A DNA stretch of 64,000 nt from Octopus vulgaris (GCA_951406725.2 OX597814.1:2356001-2420000), one strand, 5' to 3'. Numbered from the stretch's first letter, positions 28,302 to 44,189 are shown. The notes: a model not told the origin generated them from the sequence alone. Made by a program: numbers and translations.

Positions 28302-29290
28302 CTTCTTCTCCTCCTTCTTCTTCTTCTTCTTCTTCTTCTTCTTCTCCTTCTTCCTCTTCTTCTCCTTCCTCTTATTCTTCCTCTGTCCTTTCTTCTTCTT
28401 CTTCTTCTTCTTCTTCTTCTTCTTCTTCTTCTTCTCCTCCTCCTTCTTTCTTTCGTTCTTTCTCTTTCTTCTGACCTCCCCTTCCCCTCTAACCTCCCCC
28501 CTCTACAAATAGGGGGTTATTTAATTCCTATTTACACGTCAATTATGCGTTTTGTTTGTTTTGTTGTTTTGTAGTTGGTTCTTTGTTGTTATTGTTTGTT
28601 CCGTTACCGTAATTGCTTCCGAAACTGCTATTGTTGTTGTTGCTGCTGTTGTTGTTGTTGTTGTTGTTTCGGGTTCCAATCTGTTCCCTTTTTCCTAAAC
28701 ATCACACAAATGCCCCACCGCTTCTATCACCACCACCACCACCACCCAGCACCACCACCACCACCCCACTCCCACCATCCCCGACATCATTTAACCCAAG
28801 GTCTCCACCACCACTACCACCACCACCATTACTGCTGCCGACACCACAGCCAGCTTCGCCACTGACACCTGGCTAACCGTCACCACCACCACCATCACGA
28901 AGGCCACCACTACCACCACCGCCACCACCGCCACCACCACCACCACCACCACCACAACGACACTATCACCACCACCACTAACACCACCACTACCACCGCT
29001 ACCACCATCACGCTCACCGCCGCCACCACCACCACCACCACCACTACCACCATCACCACTACCACTACCACCACTACCACCATCACCACTACCACCACCA
29101 CCACTACCACCAACAACAACAACATTATCACCTCCACTACCAACAACTGCAACACTACCACCATCACCACCACCACCACTACTATCAGAACCACTACCAA
29201 AGCAACTACTACTACCGCCACGACTACCACCACTTACCACTACCCTTACCAACATCACCACCTCCCCCATAACTTCAACTCCCACCTCCC
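27945..29290. repeat. (CTT)n and (CAC)n low-complexity fields
   Basis: Direct reading. Confidence 0.92.
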
Positions 29291-29320
29291 CATCTCTCGC
29301 TGAGAGGCGGGATTTTGCGA

Positions 29321-29337
29321 CACAGTAGGGGGCAGCC
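29321..29337 (+). promoter_or_regulatory. CTCF-like motif
   Basis: ACAGTAGGGGGCAGC differs at one position from the CCAGTAGGGGGCAGC consensus form; lies in a non-repetitive island. Confidence 0.35.
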
Positions 29338-29560
29338 ATTGGGGAGGGCTATTTACAAAACAGCCCCTAAAATATTATATACATGTCTTTTTGACAAGAG
29401 TGAAGTGAAGGGATGACGGGGAGAGGGAAAAGGGAGTTGTTTGTTTAAACTTGCCTCTCACCGCGCCTCAAGCAAACCCTCCTACCATTCACCGACACCC
29501 CCCAGCCCGTCCACGCCACACGGCACGGTAAATATTGCTGTTGTTATTGTTTCCTTTGAG

Positions 29561-29594
<34 letters not shown>

Positions 29595-31177
29595 AGCTGT
29601 CAGCTAAGACGTCCCAGCCATGACTGTCCCATTTGTTTATTCATGTGTGTGTACGTGTGTGTGTGAGTGTCTATGTGCATGTGTTTGTGTCTTAGTCTCT
29701 CTCTCTCTCACTCTCTCCTATATACATTATAAGAGAGAGGGTGATATGTCTATATACATACATACATACACGCAGGCATACATATGTACATACACACACA
29801 TATACATACATCCATACATTCGTGCACACATACATACATACATACATACATACATACATACACACATACATACAATTCTGTTTCAGTCCTCAGTCATTGG
29901 ATGACGGCCATGCTTGGGCATCGTCTTGAAATGTTTTTATCGAATAAAGCGACACAAGATTTTAAGTTTATTCATTATACCATTTGTAATTCATTGCTTA
30001 CAGGGATATAAGCAAACCAACACCGGTGAACAAGCGCCAGGGAAGAAAGAACATGCCCATATATGTTTGTGTTTGTATTTGCTTTATATTTGTATTTGCT
30101 CTCACTCCGTTTGATAAGAGTTGTCGGTTTGTTTACATTCCCGTAAAACCAACAGTTCAGCAAATGACACAATAAAGCACTTGATTTTAAACACGTATAT
30201 GGGGGTGGGGTGACTCCAGCATGGCCATATTCCAGTGACTCAGGCAAGTGAAAACGCAACACATCAATATATGTTTTATGCGTGGTTTTGAGCGCGCATG
30301 CGTGTATGTTTGTGTACACAGGAGAGGTTGATAACTTTAAGCTTTTAGCATTTAAACTGGCGGAAACAGTCAGCTTGTTCTATGTTCAAACTGGTCGGAT
30401 CCAACCTTTCACACGTAGGCTACAATGTCATTCTCAACAGGAAGAATTGCATCGCTAACTCTTGAAGCCGCAAGCTAATGCATGGTCAACAGAATACATT
30501 ACATTTAACAGAGACATTTGTGATGCTGAGAGGTTAAACACATTGAGAATTTAAGAGCCTAACATTTCGGGTCTTTGCTCTTCGTCTTAGAGAGAGAAAG
30601 AGAGAGAGAGGTAGAGAGAGAAAGAGAGACGCAGAGAGAGAAAGAGAGACGCAGAGAGAGAGAGAGAGAATGGGAGAGTAAAGAGAGAGAGAGAGAGATG
30701 GGTAGAAAGAGAGAAAGGGAAGGTGATGTAGAGAGAGAAAGAGAAAGATAGAGAGAGGTAGAGAGTGAGAGAGATAGGAGGGAGGGAGAGAGAGACAGAG
30801 AGAAAGAGTGAGGTAGAGGGAGAGAGAGAGAGAGAGGTAGAAAGGGAGGGTGAGGTAGAGAAAAAGAGAAAGGTAGAGAGAGGTAGAGAGTGAGAAAGAG
30901 ATAGGAAAAGAGAAAGAGATAGAGAGAGAAAGAGAAGAGAAAGAGAGAGAAATAGATGCTATTGTTATTGTTGTTGTTTCTGCCGGTATTGGTCTCCTTG
31001 TATTTGTTTCTCTTGGCCCTGACCAAGATGAACCGCGATGAAAGGCATTCCAGCCTTGACCATCCCATCTTTATATACGTCACCGCTAAACAAATTATCC
31101 AGCCTTTCCATTTTTCTGAGGCAGTCGTTGTGTGATTTGAGGTGGATTTGGCTGTGATTTTACGTACAAGTTACATA

Positions 31178-31924
31178 GGCGCAGGAGTGGTTGCGTGGTA
31201 AGTAGCTTGCTTACCAACCACATGGTTCCGGGTTCAGTCCCACTGCGTGGCATCTTGGGCAAGTGTCTTCTGCTATAGCCCCGGGCCGACCAATGCCTTG
31301 TGAGTGGATTTGGTAGATAGAAACTGAAAGAAGCCTGTCGTATATATGTATATATGTGTATATGTATGTTTGTGTGTCTGTGTTTGTCCCCCTAGCATTT
31401 CTTGACAACCGATGCTGGTGTGTTTACGTCCCCGTTACTTAGCGGTTCGGCAAAAGAGACTGATAGAATAAGTACTGGGCTTACAAAGAATAAGTCCCGG
31501 GGTCGATTTGCTCGACTATAGGCGGTGCTCCAGCATGGCCGCAGTCAAATGACTGAAACAAGTAAATGAGTAAATGCGTGGCACCTTGGGCAAGTGTCTT
31601 CTACTATAGTCTCGGGCCGACCAAAGTCTTGTGAGTGGATTTGGTAGACAGAAACTGAAAGAAGCCCGTCGTATATATGTATATATATATGTATGTGTGT
31701 GTGTGTGTGTTTGTGCGTCTGTGTTTGTCCTCCTAGCATTGCTTGACAACCGATGCTGGTGTGTTTATGTCCCCGTTAATTAGCGGTTCGGCAAAAGAGA
31801 CCGATAGAATAAGTACTGGGCTTACAAAAGAATAAGTCCCGGGATCGAATTGCTCGATTAAAGGCGGTGCTCCAGCATGGCCGCAGTCAAATGACTGAAA
31901 CAAGTAAAAGAGTAAAAGAGAGAG
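31178..31924 (+). mobile_element. Tandem SINE family A (full copy 31178-31574 plus 5'-truncated copy)
   Basis: Two consecutive bodies and tails. Confidence 0.92.
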
Positions 31925-32066
31925 TTTTGTTATTTATCTTTTTGTTTATGAGGAGGGTTGTTAACTTCTATCATTTGCGTCAGCGAGGGTGCTATAAAGA
32001 GGTTGATTGCTCCTTCTTCTATCGGTCATAAGGGGCTGATGTTAGCAGGTATAGTTTAGGGATAAA

Positions 32067-32648
32067 GGCGGCGAGCTGGCAGAATCGTTAGCGTGCCGGG
32101 AGAAATGCTTAGCGGTATTTCGGCTGCCGTTACGTTCTGAGTTCAAATTCCGCCCAGGTCGACTTTGTCTGTCATCCTTTCGGGGTCGATAAATTAAGTA
32201 CCAGTTACGCACTGGGGTCGATGTAATCGATTTAATACCTATGTCTGTCCTTGTTTGTCCCCTCTATGTTTAGCCTTTTGTGGGTAATAAAGAAATAGGC
32301 ATTTCGTCTGTCGTTACGTTCTGAGTTCAAATTTCATCCGGGATCGACTTTGCCTTTCATCCTTTCGGGGTCGATTAAATGAGTAACAGTTACGCACTGG
32401 GGTCGATGCAATCGACTTAATCCGTTTGTCTGTCCTTGTTTGTCCTCTGTGTTTAGCCCCTTGTGGGTAGTAAAGAAATAGGTATTTCGTCTGCCATTAC
32501 GTCCTGAGTTCAAATTCCGCCGAGGTCGACTTTGCCTTTCATCCTTTGGGGGTCGTTAAATTAAGTACCAGTTCCGCACTGGGGTCGATGTAATCGACTT
32601 AATACCTATGTCTGTCCTTGTTTGTCCCCTTGTGGGTAATAAAGAAAT
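32067..32648 (+). mobile_element. SINE family B trimer with target-site duplication
   Basis: Three ~185-bp cores; TSD AGGTATAGTTTAGGGAT / AGGTATAGTTAGGGGAT. Confidence 0.92.
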
Positions 32649-32756
32649 AGGTATAGTTAGGGGATTTATTGTTGGTTTAAAAGGAGCTATTTTGATAATA
32701 ATTTGTCATGGGTTACATTCATCAGGATTATTTGGTGTAGGTAATTTAAATTATGT

Positions 32757-33000
32757 GGAGGCGCGTGGCTTAATGGTTAGGTTGTTGAACTCATGATTGT
32801 AAGGTTGTGGTTTCGATTCCTGGACCGGGGGATGCGTTGTTTTCTTCAGCAAAACACTTCATTTTCACGTTGCTCCAGTCCACTCAGCTGGCAAAAATGA
32901 ATAATCTTGTGATGGACTGGCGTCCCATCCAGGTGGGGAATTTCTACGCCACTAAAACAGGGAAACCGGCCCTGATGAGCCTGGCATATCTCGTGAAGGA
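32757..33000 (+). mobile_element. SINE family C variant
   Basis: GGAGGCGCGTGGCTTAATGGTTAGG...GTTTCGATTCC head; GATGGACTGGCGTCCC domain. Confidence 0.8.
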
Positions 33001-33317
33001 ACATTTTTATTTATTTTATTTAATTTTTAAGAAGATTAATTGTCTAAGATTGTTTTTATGTTGGGGTATAATTAATTATAATCTTATAATTAATTATAAT
33101 CCTATAATGAGTTTATTGATATTTTTGTTATGTATTTGTAATATGGTGATTTGAGGTAGATTTGGCTGGTATTTCTAGCTGTTCATGTAGAGTCTCTATT
33201 CAAAGCTCCATAAAACGAAGTTGTTGCTTAGTCCGTTTGCATGGGTGTGTATAGATGGGTGTATGCATGTGTGGGTTTGCCATTGTGAGTGAATATGCAT
33301 TAATGTGCGTCTGCATG

Positions 33318-35925
<2,608 letters not shown>

Positions 35926-36503
35926 AACTTAGGGAGTGCCCCTCTCAACACACATTCACACATACATATATACAGATACCTCGCAAGCATGACCCTCTCC
36001 ACCTGAACCTGAGACCTTCGCCACAATCCAACACCGAACCATCCACACCACAATGCCCCTCCCCACGGACCCGCCAACCCCCACCGTCCGGCCAAACCAA
36101 TCGTTTATGCATACAGCTTGAAAAGTTAATCTAAATATTAGAGTGACTCAAGTGGTTCGAGTGGAAAGTGACCGATTGGTGTGGCTATAAATAATTGAGA
36201 AGGGGCGGTGGAGGGGAGGGAAGGAAGGTAGAGATGCAGTTGGGTGGGGGTGAGGTGGGGGTAGTAGAAGTATTAGTAGTAGTAGTGACGGTGGTTGTGA
36301 TGGTTAGGCTAATGGGTTAGTTGATGAAGATAACGATGATGTTGGTAATGATGATGATGGTGACGATGATGATGATGATGTTAATGGTGATGGTGATGAT
36401 GTTGACGATGATGTTGACGATGACGATGGTGACGGTGACGATGGCGATGATGATGACGACGACGACGTCGATGGTGATGATGATGATGGTGGTGATTATG
36501 ATG

Positions 36504-36535
<32 letters not shown>

Positions 36536-37267
36536 GATAATGATAAAAAAGGAAAAGTGATTGTTAAAATGGAATGTGACTGCAACCGTGAGAAATATGC
36601 AAATACACTGGAGTCTATGAAGAAAAAGAAGAAGAAGAAGAAGAAGAAGAAGAAGAAGAAGAAGAAGAAGAAGAAGAAGAAGAAGAAGAAATATTAGTAG
36701 TAGAAGAAGCAGAAGAAAAAGAAGAAAAAGAGGAAGAAGAAGAAGAACAACAACAACAATGACAACAACAACAACAACTAGAACATCAATAGACAAAAGA
36801 ACAAAAACAAAAGTAAAACCGAAGTAAAAGTCAGAGAGAAAAAGAAAGACGAAGAAAGTAAGAGAAAAAGGGAGGCAAAGAGTGAGAAGAGAATGAAGAA
36901 AATGACGAATATATTGTGAGGAGGAACTGGGGGGGTGGGGTGGGGTGGGGGTGGAGGTCGAAAAGTCGTTAAAAAGGAATAAAACGTAAGAGTTTTTGAA
37001 TAAAGAATGATTGGTTGGAGCAAAGAGACGATTAAATGGTGTTTTGTAATTCGTTGGCCAATCTGGCACAATTAGACCAAATGTTGTTAATTTGTTTCCT
37101 GTTTTATGACTGAGAGACTCTGGGAAATAGGGAGTGGGGTGTTTTGGTAAAAGAATACAAGGAAATTTGCATAAAGTGTCTGTGTGTCACTCTGACCAAC
37201 ATATTTATCTCTCTCTCTCTCTCTCTCTTTCTCCCTCTCAACGGAGCGTTTAAAGATGTTTAAATGT

Positions 37268-37828
37268 TATTTTTCTACTCTAGGTACAAGATCCGAAATT
37301 TTGGGGGAGGGAGCCAGTCGATTAGATCGAACCCAGTACGCAACTGGTACTTAATTTATCGACCCCGAAAGATGAAAGGCAAAGTCGACCTCGGCGGATT
37401 TTGAACTCAGAACGTAATGACAGGTGAAATACCGCTAAGAATTTCGCCCGGCGTGCTAACTTTTCTTATTTCTTTATTGCCCACAAGGGGGTAGACGTAG
37501 AGGGGAGAGACAAGGAAAGACAAAGGGATTCAGTCGATTACATCGACCCCAGTGCGTAACTGGTACTTAATTTATCGACCTCGAAACGATGAAAGACAGA
37601 TGAAATAAACTATTTCTTTCCCCCCCCACAAGAGAGGACAAACAAGGACAGACAAACAGATTAAGTCGATTATATCGACCCCAGTGCGTAACTGGTACTT
37701 ATTTAATCGACCCCGAAAGGATGAAAGGCAAAGTCGACCTCGGCGGAATTTGAACTCAGAACGTAAAGACAGACGGAATACGCTAAGCATTCCGCCCGGC
37801 GTGCTAGCGTTTCTGCCAGCTCACCGTC
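37268..37828 (-). mobile_element. SINE family B multimer with 19-bp TSD
   Basis: TSD TTAAAGATGTTTAAATGTT / TTAAAGACGTTTGAATGTT. Confidence 0.9.
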
Positions 37829-38084
37829 TTAAAGACGTTTGAATGTTGGCCTCTTGTTGTTAGAGGTTTTGGAGGTGATGTTTCGATGCCCTCTCAGCCA
37901 ATGAGTCGAAGATATTCAAGGAGAGACTATCGCGTCTTTTGTGTAGGTATATTCAACCTTAGACTACATTATCCAATGCGTTCTTGAAGAAATAGCTTAT
38001 CATAGCTATCCGAAAAATCAATCAAAATGGAATCATCCTTTTAACGTTACGATCATTCGACGAGTTCAATTTTGTCGTTTATTT

Positions 38085-38735
38085 TTTGCTTCAGTCATTA
38101 GACTGCGGCCATGCTGGGGCACCGCCTTGAAGAATTTTAGCCAAATGAATCGACTTAAGTTCTATTCATTCTTCATTGCGGTTTTTGTGTTTTGTAAATC
38201 CTGGTGCTTGTTCTATCGGTCGCTTTTTGCCCAACTGCTAAGTTACGGAGACGTAAACAGAAAACGGGCGGTCAAGCGGTGATAGGAGACACACACACAC
38301 ATACATACATATGCATACGAAGGGATTCTTTCAGTTTTCGTCTACCAAATCCACTCACAAGGATACAGTAGAAGACAATTGCCCAAGGTGCCACACCGTG
38401 AGACTGAACCTCGAATCATGTAGTTAGGAAACAAACTTTTAACCACAGAGCCACGTCTGCGTTACTGACGGTTATTGACAAATCAATTAAAGCCCCCAAA
38501 ATTATGGTTCATGGATTTATTTATAATAGACACCTCAGTTTATTACAAATACAAACACACAAACACAAACATACATACATACACACATTTATATACGACA
38601 GGCTTCTTTCAGTTTCCATCTACCAAATCCACTCACAAGGCGTTGGTCGGACCGCGGCTATAGTAGAAGACACTTGCCCAAGCTCCCATGCAGTGGGACT
38701 GAGCCCGGAACTATATATGGTTGGGAAGCAACCAT
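38085..38735 (-). mobile_element. Two diverged SINE family A copies
   Basis: Homology at 38085-38460 and 38580-38735. Confidence 0.8.
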
Positions 38736-40016
38736 TTATCATATAGATGATGATAAAGAAGTGAAATAGAACCAGTGCGTGTGAGTATTATTGGCATAAT
38801 GACGATCTCAAGGGTGCACAACTGTAATTTAGTGGTTTAACCAAATGGGCATTAAATATAAATTAAAATCTGTCACAAACGGAACTTTTGCACGGCCATT
38901 TTAACTATCGATACTTTCAAGTTTGTCTCGTTCCATCCTTATTAAAGATTATAAAGTTAGTGTTTTCATGCATACTTCGCCATTTGTTTAACACATTTTT
39001 TGTGCGATGATCAATTCGATATGATTATGGCTCATATGATGGAGTTGAGGCTGGTGGGCTAATAGGATTATGCAATTCTAGAATCACTTGAAGAGTGATT
39101 GCCATTTTACAGATTTTAGTCATTATACAGCTGACGGTCTATTACTTTCCTATCGTATGAATAGCCATCAAGGTGATAAATTTTGGAAAAAAATAACTTA
39201 TTGACGTATTTAATGATTTAAATTTACGCATTTTAGTAGGAATCGCAATGCCGTTAAATGTCTTAGATATTACAGGAAACTTAAAGATACGTAGGCATTG
39301 CAGCTATAGTATGTCAAATGAAAAATAAGCATATATTTACAAGTTCTCCAATACGCTGTCCATTTTGACGAATTTGGTAATATTAATGGCCGCAATTCAA
39401 AATATCATCAGATGTAGACTTATCCAAATGTGTTTCATGCTATTAGAAAAAATAATAATAATAAGCATAACGGCGAAGTAGAATACATCTCATTTCGTTC
39501 GTCTCGCGTGTATATAAATACTACGGCAAATGAAATGTAACTAGCTATGACCAACGTTCTATCATTACTGTAATCTCCTTTATTTTTCTAAAATTTTCGT
39601 TGCGTTTTGCAACCTTTTCAATAGCTTTCGCTATTTTGAGAGTCACAACAGAATATGCTTCAATACAGGGACTCACATAAAGAATCTTGCAAACCAAATC
39701 TCAAAATGACTTCATTAATTTTGTTATTATCTGGAATGACTATTTAAAAAAAATGATTATAACAAAATTAATAATGTAGGCGAACGGAGGCCCAAGAAAA
39801 GCATTAAAAAGCTGAAGGGTTAAAATTTAAATTAATCAAAGTATATACTAGGTATGTCTGCCTGCTGGAAATAACAGTCAAAGCTCTTATTTAAATCGCC
39901 GTAATTTTTTGGCGATTTAAATAAGAGGTTGACTCTGTGTGTGTGCCTGCGTGCCTATATATATATATATATTCATGTGGGATATGCATTCATCCATCCA
40001 TCTCTCGGTCTATCTG

Positions 40017-40102
<86 letters not shown>

Positions 40103-40527
40103 AGTCCGCCTATCTGTCTGTTAGTCTCTGTGTTTGTGTGTGTATGTATGAATGCTATTATATTTGAGTGTAAACGAGTGTATTTATGTGTATATAAATA
40201 TGCACAAACATATGTACACACACACAAACATAGACAGAAAGAGAGAAAGATAGAGAGGGAGAGAGAGGAGATAGAGATAGAGATAGAGAAGGAGAGAGGA
40301 GAGAGATAGAGAGAAAGAGAAGTTTACAATTAAAAACACATACATACATGTGTATACGTGGGTAAGAATGTACGTATTTATGTCTGTCTGTCGGTCCCCG
40401 TCTCCTCTCTCTCTCTCTCACTCTCTGTATATATATATGATGCATGTATATTGCTTATTTGCATAAGGTATAATATATATATATGGCTGTGCGCGTATGT
40501 ACGTATGCAAAGGCTCATGCATGTGTG

Positions 40528-40600
<73 letters not shown>

Positions 40601-40985
40601 TTACATAAGTCTTTTATACATGTTTGCGTAATTAAGTAGCTGTATCGTGGAAATTAGCAGTAAAAGCGAAGAGACATTTTCGATCAGATACGCCGGCCAT
40701 ACTGCAGTAATAGGCAGCCATATGGCGGGTCTAACTGAGCAGTTTACCGCCAAAAATCGCCTGACCTCTGCACTAATGAACCGTGCTGTCTGAATAGGCA
40801 GTGTTGTCTTTTATCTGAAAGAACTGCTTAGTGATCCATGAGCGCACTTTGACAACTTGTTAAGGAAATTGTTAAATAAAGCGGCCACTTATACAATGGC
40901 GAAAGACAATGAAATAATACGACTATTGTTGTTGTTGTTGTTGTCTGTGCTTTTGTTGTTGTTGTTATTTTGGTTTCCGTTGTTG

Positions 40986-41017
<32 letters not shown>

Positions 41018-41469
41018 GGTTATTTTTTTCAGCGAAATTAAACGAAGTTGTGGCGTGAAATGAGAGAAGTGTGATAGGAGAGTGGGGTGGGTGGGTAGAT
41101 ACAGTGTTGTTGCTGTTGTTGTTGTTGTTGTCGTCGTTGTTGTTGTTGTTGTTGTTGCTGTTGTTGTTGTTGCCGTTTGAAGAAACAAGAATGATAGGCA
41201 GGATGTGAAGGCGGATCGGTGGCGACCTGTTTAGGTTGGCTAATGAGGTGAAGTTGGCAAATATGGAAGGAAAAAATGTTGGATTAGCATCAATCTTAGT
41301 ATTGCCCGTCGACACCCATTCTAAGTATGTATGGGCACAAACTCATACGTACACAGACTTTGATATACACACACACGCACACACACGCATGTATGTGTGT
41401 GTATGCATATATCTGTATGTATATTTCTGTATAGATATATATGTATTTTTATATATATATATATGTGTA

Positions 41470-41500
<31 letters not shown>

Positions 41501-41607
41501 ATATATGTATATACATATATACATATATACATATATACATATATACACATATAAATATATATGTATGTATATCTATCTATCTATCTATCTATCTATCCAT
41601 ATATATA

Positions 41608-42012
41608 CTAGGAGTATCGCCCAGCGTTGTTCGGGTTTGTTTCGATCCTTTAAAATTTGGAATTTTTGAAAAGTAAAAATTGTGCATTATGTAGCTTGTT
41701 ATCCTCTTTAAGTGAACATTTTTCTGGTTGAAATATACCGAAAAATGGTGACACACCAGTCAAAAAATTGTAAAAAATAGGGATTTTCATAGAAAAAAAA
41801 AAGCACCTTGATGTAAATAATTTTTGATGTTAACATGGTCCAATTTGAATTTTATCTTCTACGGAAGGAAGAGCAAGCCTTCTTCTATCATACTCTCAGT
41901 TTTGGTCAACTTGTGCTGCAGGGTCTCGGAGGAGATAGTGTTAGTTGAAGGCTACCAAACCTGCCATACACAGACAACTTCAGCTTTATATATATATATA
42001 TATATATATATA
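41608..42012 (-). mobile_element. Non-autonomous Helitron
   Basis: Minus-strand 3' end: hairpin CCCGAACAACGCTGGG then CTAG followed by T; 5' end in (TA)n. Confidence 0.78.
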
Positions 42013-42359
42013 CTAGCAGTGTGGCCCGGCGTTGCTCGGGTTTGTAAGGGAAATAACTATAAAGCATTTTTAGAGAGTTATAGCCAAAAAATGGAAAAAA
42101 AAATGATGGTAAATTTTTTTTTTAGTTAAAAAGGTTGAGTTGCGTCCCCTAGACAGTCTGTGGTTTGTGTTTCTAATTCTCGACCCCATGTCGAATTTAT
42201 CGATTTTTTTCAGAACTGAGGGAACTTTTCAAAATTTTCGCTGCGTTATTTTGATATGACATATGTGTGTGTCAAGTTTCATCAGAATCGGTTGAAAGCC
42301 GTGTCAGGTGAGGGTACAAGCAAACAGACACACAGAAATAAACTAAATATAGAGAGAGA
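42013..42359 (-). mobile_element. Non-autonomous Helitron abutting the previous one
   Basis: 3' hairpin CCCGAGCAACGCCGGG plus CTAG; 5' TC. Confidence 0.8.
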
Positions 42360-42654
42360 TATACAAGCAAGCAAAATGGTATGATTACAACCATATTCCA
42401 CTTCTCCTTTTTCTTCTCTAGGCTCTTCATTTTTACTTATTCTTCGCTCTGATAAATCTCTATGTTTGAGATCAGTTTTATTACCAAATATGATAAATAT
42501 TTTTAGCATATCAATGGCGATACCATATGACAGTGGAAGCAGAAACAGCTCTGATGGATGGGATGCAGTCTATTTGTATTGAATTAATAAATAATGTTTA
42601 ATCTAAATCAATTGTTGTTTATCAATGTTTCTCCATTTTCTCTTTTCTTTATAC

Positions 42655-42755
<101 letters not shown>

Positions 42756-43132
42756 CAGTCTGTCGGAGGTGAGCAATTTAAGTCTTCGAAGTCACTAACA
42801 TTTCCTTCTAAGAATTTCATAAACAGGTACTCTAATAAAATCTATTAAGTAATACCCCAGTTTGATACTAAGCTGCTTTTAAATATACACACAAATATAT
42901 ATGCATATATGTATTTATGTACGTATGTATGTGTGCATGTATCTTTGTGTGTGTACTATACTTGTACAAGAAAATGGGAGACAATAATTTCGAACATCCG
43001 ACTTACTAGCATTCGTCGGAGTGACCGAGAGAAGCTAGCAGACTGAAATTCGGTTTCATTGTAATCCTTTTCTTTAAAAGCTTAATATATGGATGCATAA
43101 TATGTATGTATGTTCATCCAGATATAAATTAT

Positions 43133-43343
43133 CCTTTTCTGCTCTAGGCACAAGACCCGAAATTTTTGGGGAGGGGGCTTGTCGATTAGATCGACCCCAG
43201 TACGCAACTGGTTCTTAATTTATCGACCCCGAAAGGATGAAAGGCAAAGTCGACCCCGGCGAAATTTGTCAGAACGTAAAGACAGACGAAATACCGCTAA
43301 GCACCTCGCCAGGCGTGCTAAAGTTTCTGCCACCTCGCCGCCT
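43133..43343 (-). mobile_element. SINE family B monomer
   Basis: Head and core homology. Confidence 0.88.
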
Positions 43344-43460
43344 TCCAGATATGAAATATTAGGAAAAGATAAAATGGTATTATAAAAACAATAATGAGTA
43401 GATTGCGATAAATGTTTCACCTGTTTTTGAGTCAAAATAATAATAATAATAATAATAATA

Positions 43461-43507
<47 letters not shown>

Positions 43508-43519
43508 AACAATAATAAC

Positions 43520-43581
<62 letters not shown>

Positions 43582-43582
43582 T

Positions 43583-44129
43583 AAGCTATGCCAACATTAT
43601 GGAATAACAACAGAAAAAAGATGGTATAGGCACACACCAGAAAAGGTCACAGAGAACGAGAAAGCAACCATACTCTGGGATATGCCGATACACACAGATA
43701 GAGAAATTAAGGCCAACAGACCAGATATAGTTGTCAGAGATCATGAAGAAAAAGAATGCTTTCTAATTGATGTATCAATACCGGCAGATGACAACGTGTC
43801 TCTAAAAGAAATGGAGAAACTTTCAAAATACAAAGACCTGGAAATAGAGGTAACTAGAATGTGGAATCTGAAAACAGAAACAATTCCTATCATAATAGGT
43901 GCATTAGGCATGATAAAAAAATATTCAGACAAATACATAACAAAAACACCAGGACTTACAAACACATATAACATACAGAAAATTGCACTACTAGGCACTG
44001 CACACATCCTGCGCAGAACACTTTCCATACAATAACCATCAGAGCATCACAACAAATCACAGCACATACCCAAGGCACACAGAGCTGCGCTCAGTAGTGA
44101 AGTGAAAGCACGCTATAAAAATAAAACTA

Positions 44130-44132
<3 letters not shown>
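43583..44132 (+). mobile_element. 5'-truncated R4/Dong-clade LINE inserted in (AAT)n; restriction-like endonuclease C-terminus still open
   Basis: Open frame to stop at 44035: ILWDMPIHTDREIKANRPDIVV...FLIDVSIP...KLSKYKDLEIEVTRMW...IPIIIGALG (PD..D RLE motif); short 3' UTR then (AAT)n. Confidence 0.92.

Positions 44133-44189
<57 letters not shown>

Noticed and set aside
40630-40920. Possible miRNA or exon (AGGCAGTGT, miR-34-like seed)
   Set aside because: No precursor hairpin, and the rest does not match miR-34
43412-44035. 207-aa ORF as a host gene
   Set aside because: N-terminus is microsatellite; the remainder is a truncated LINE endonuclease domain
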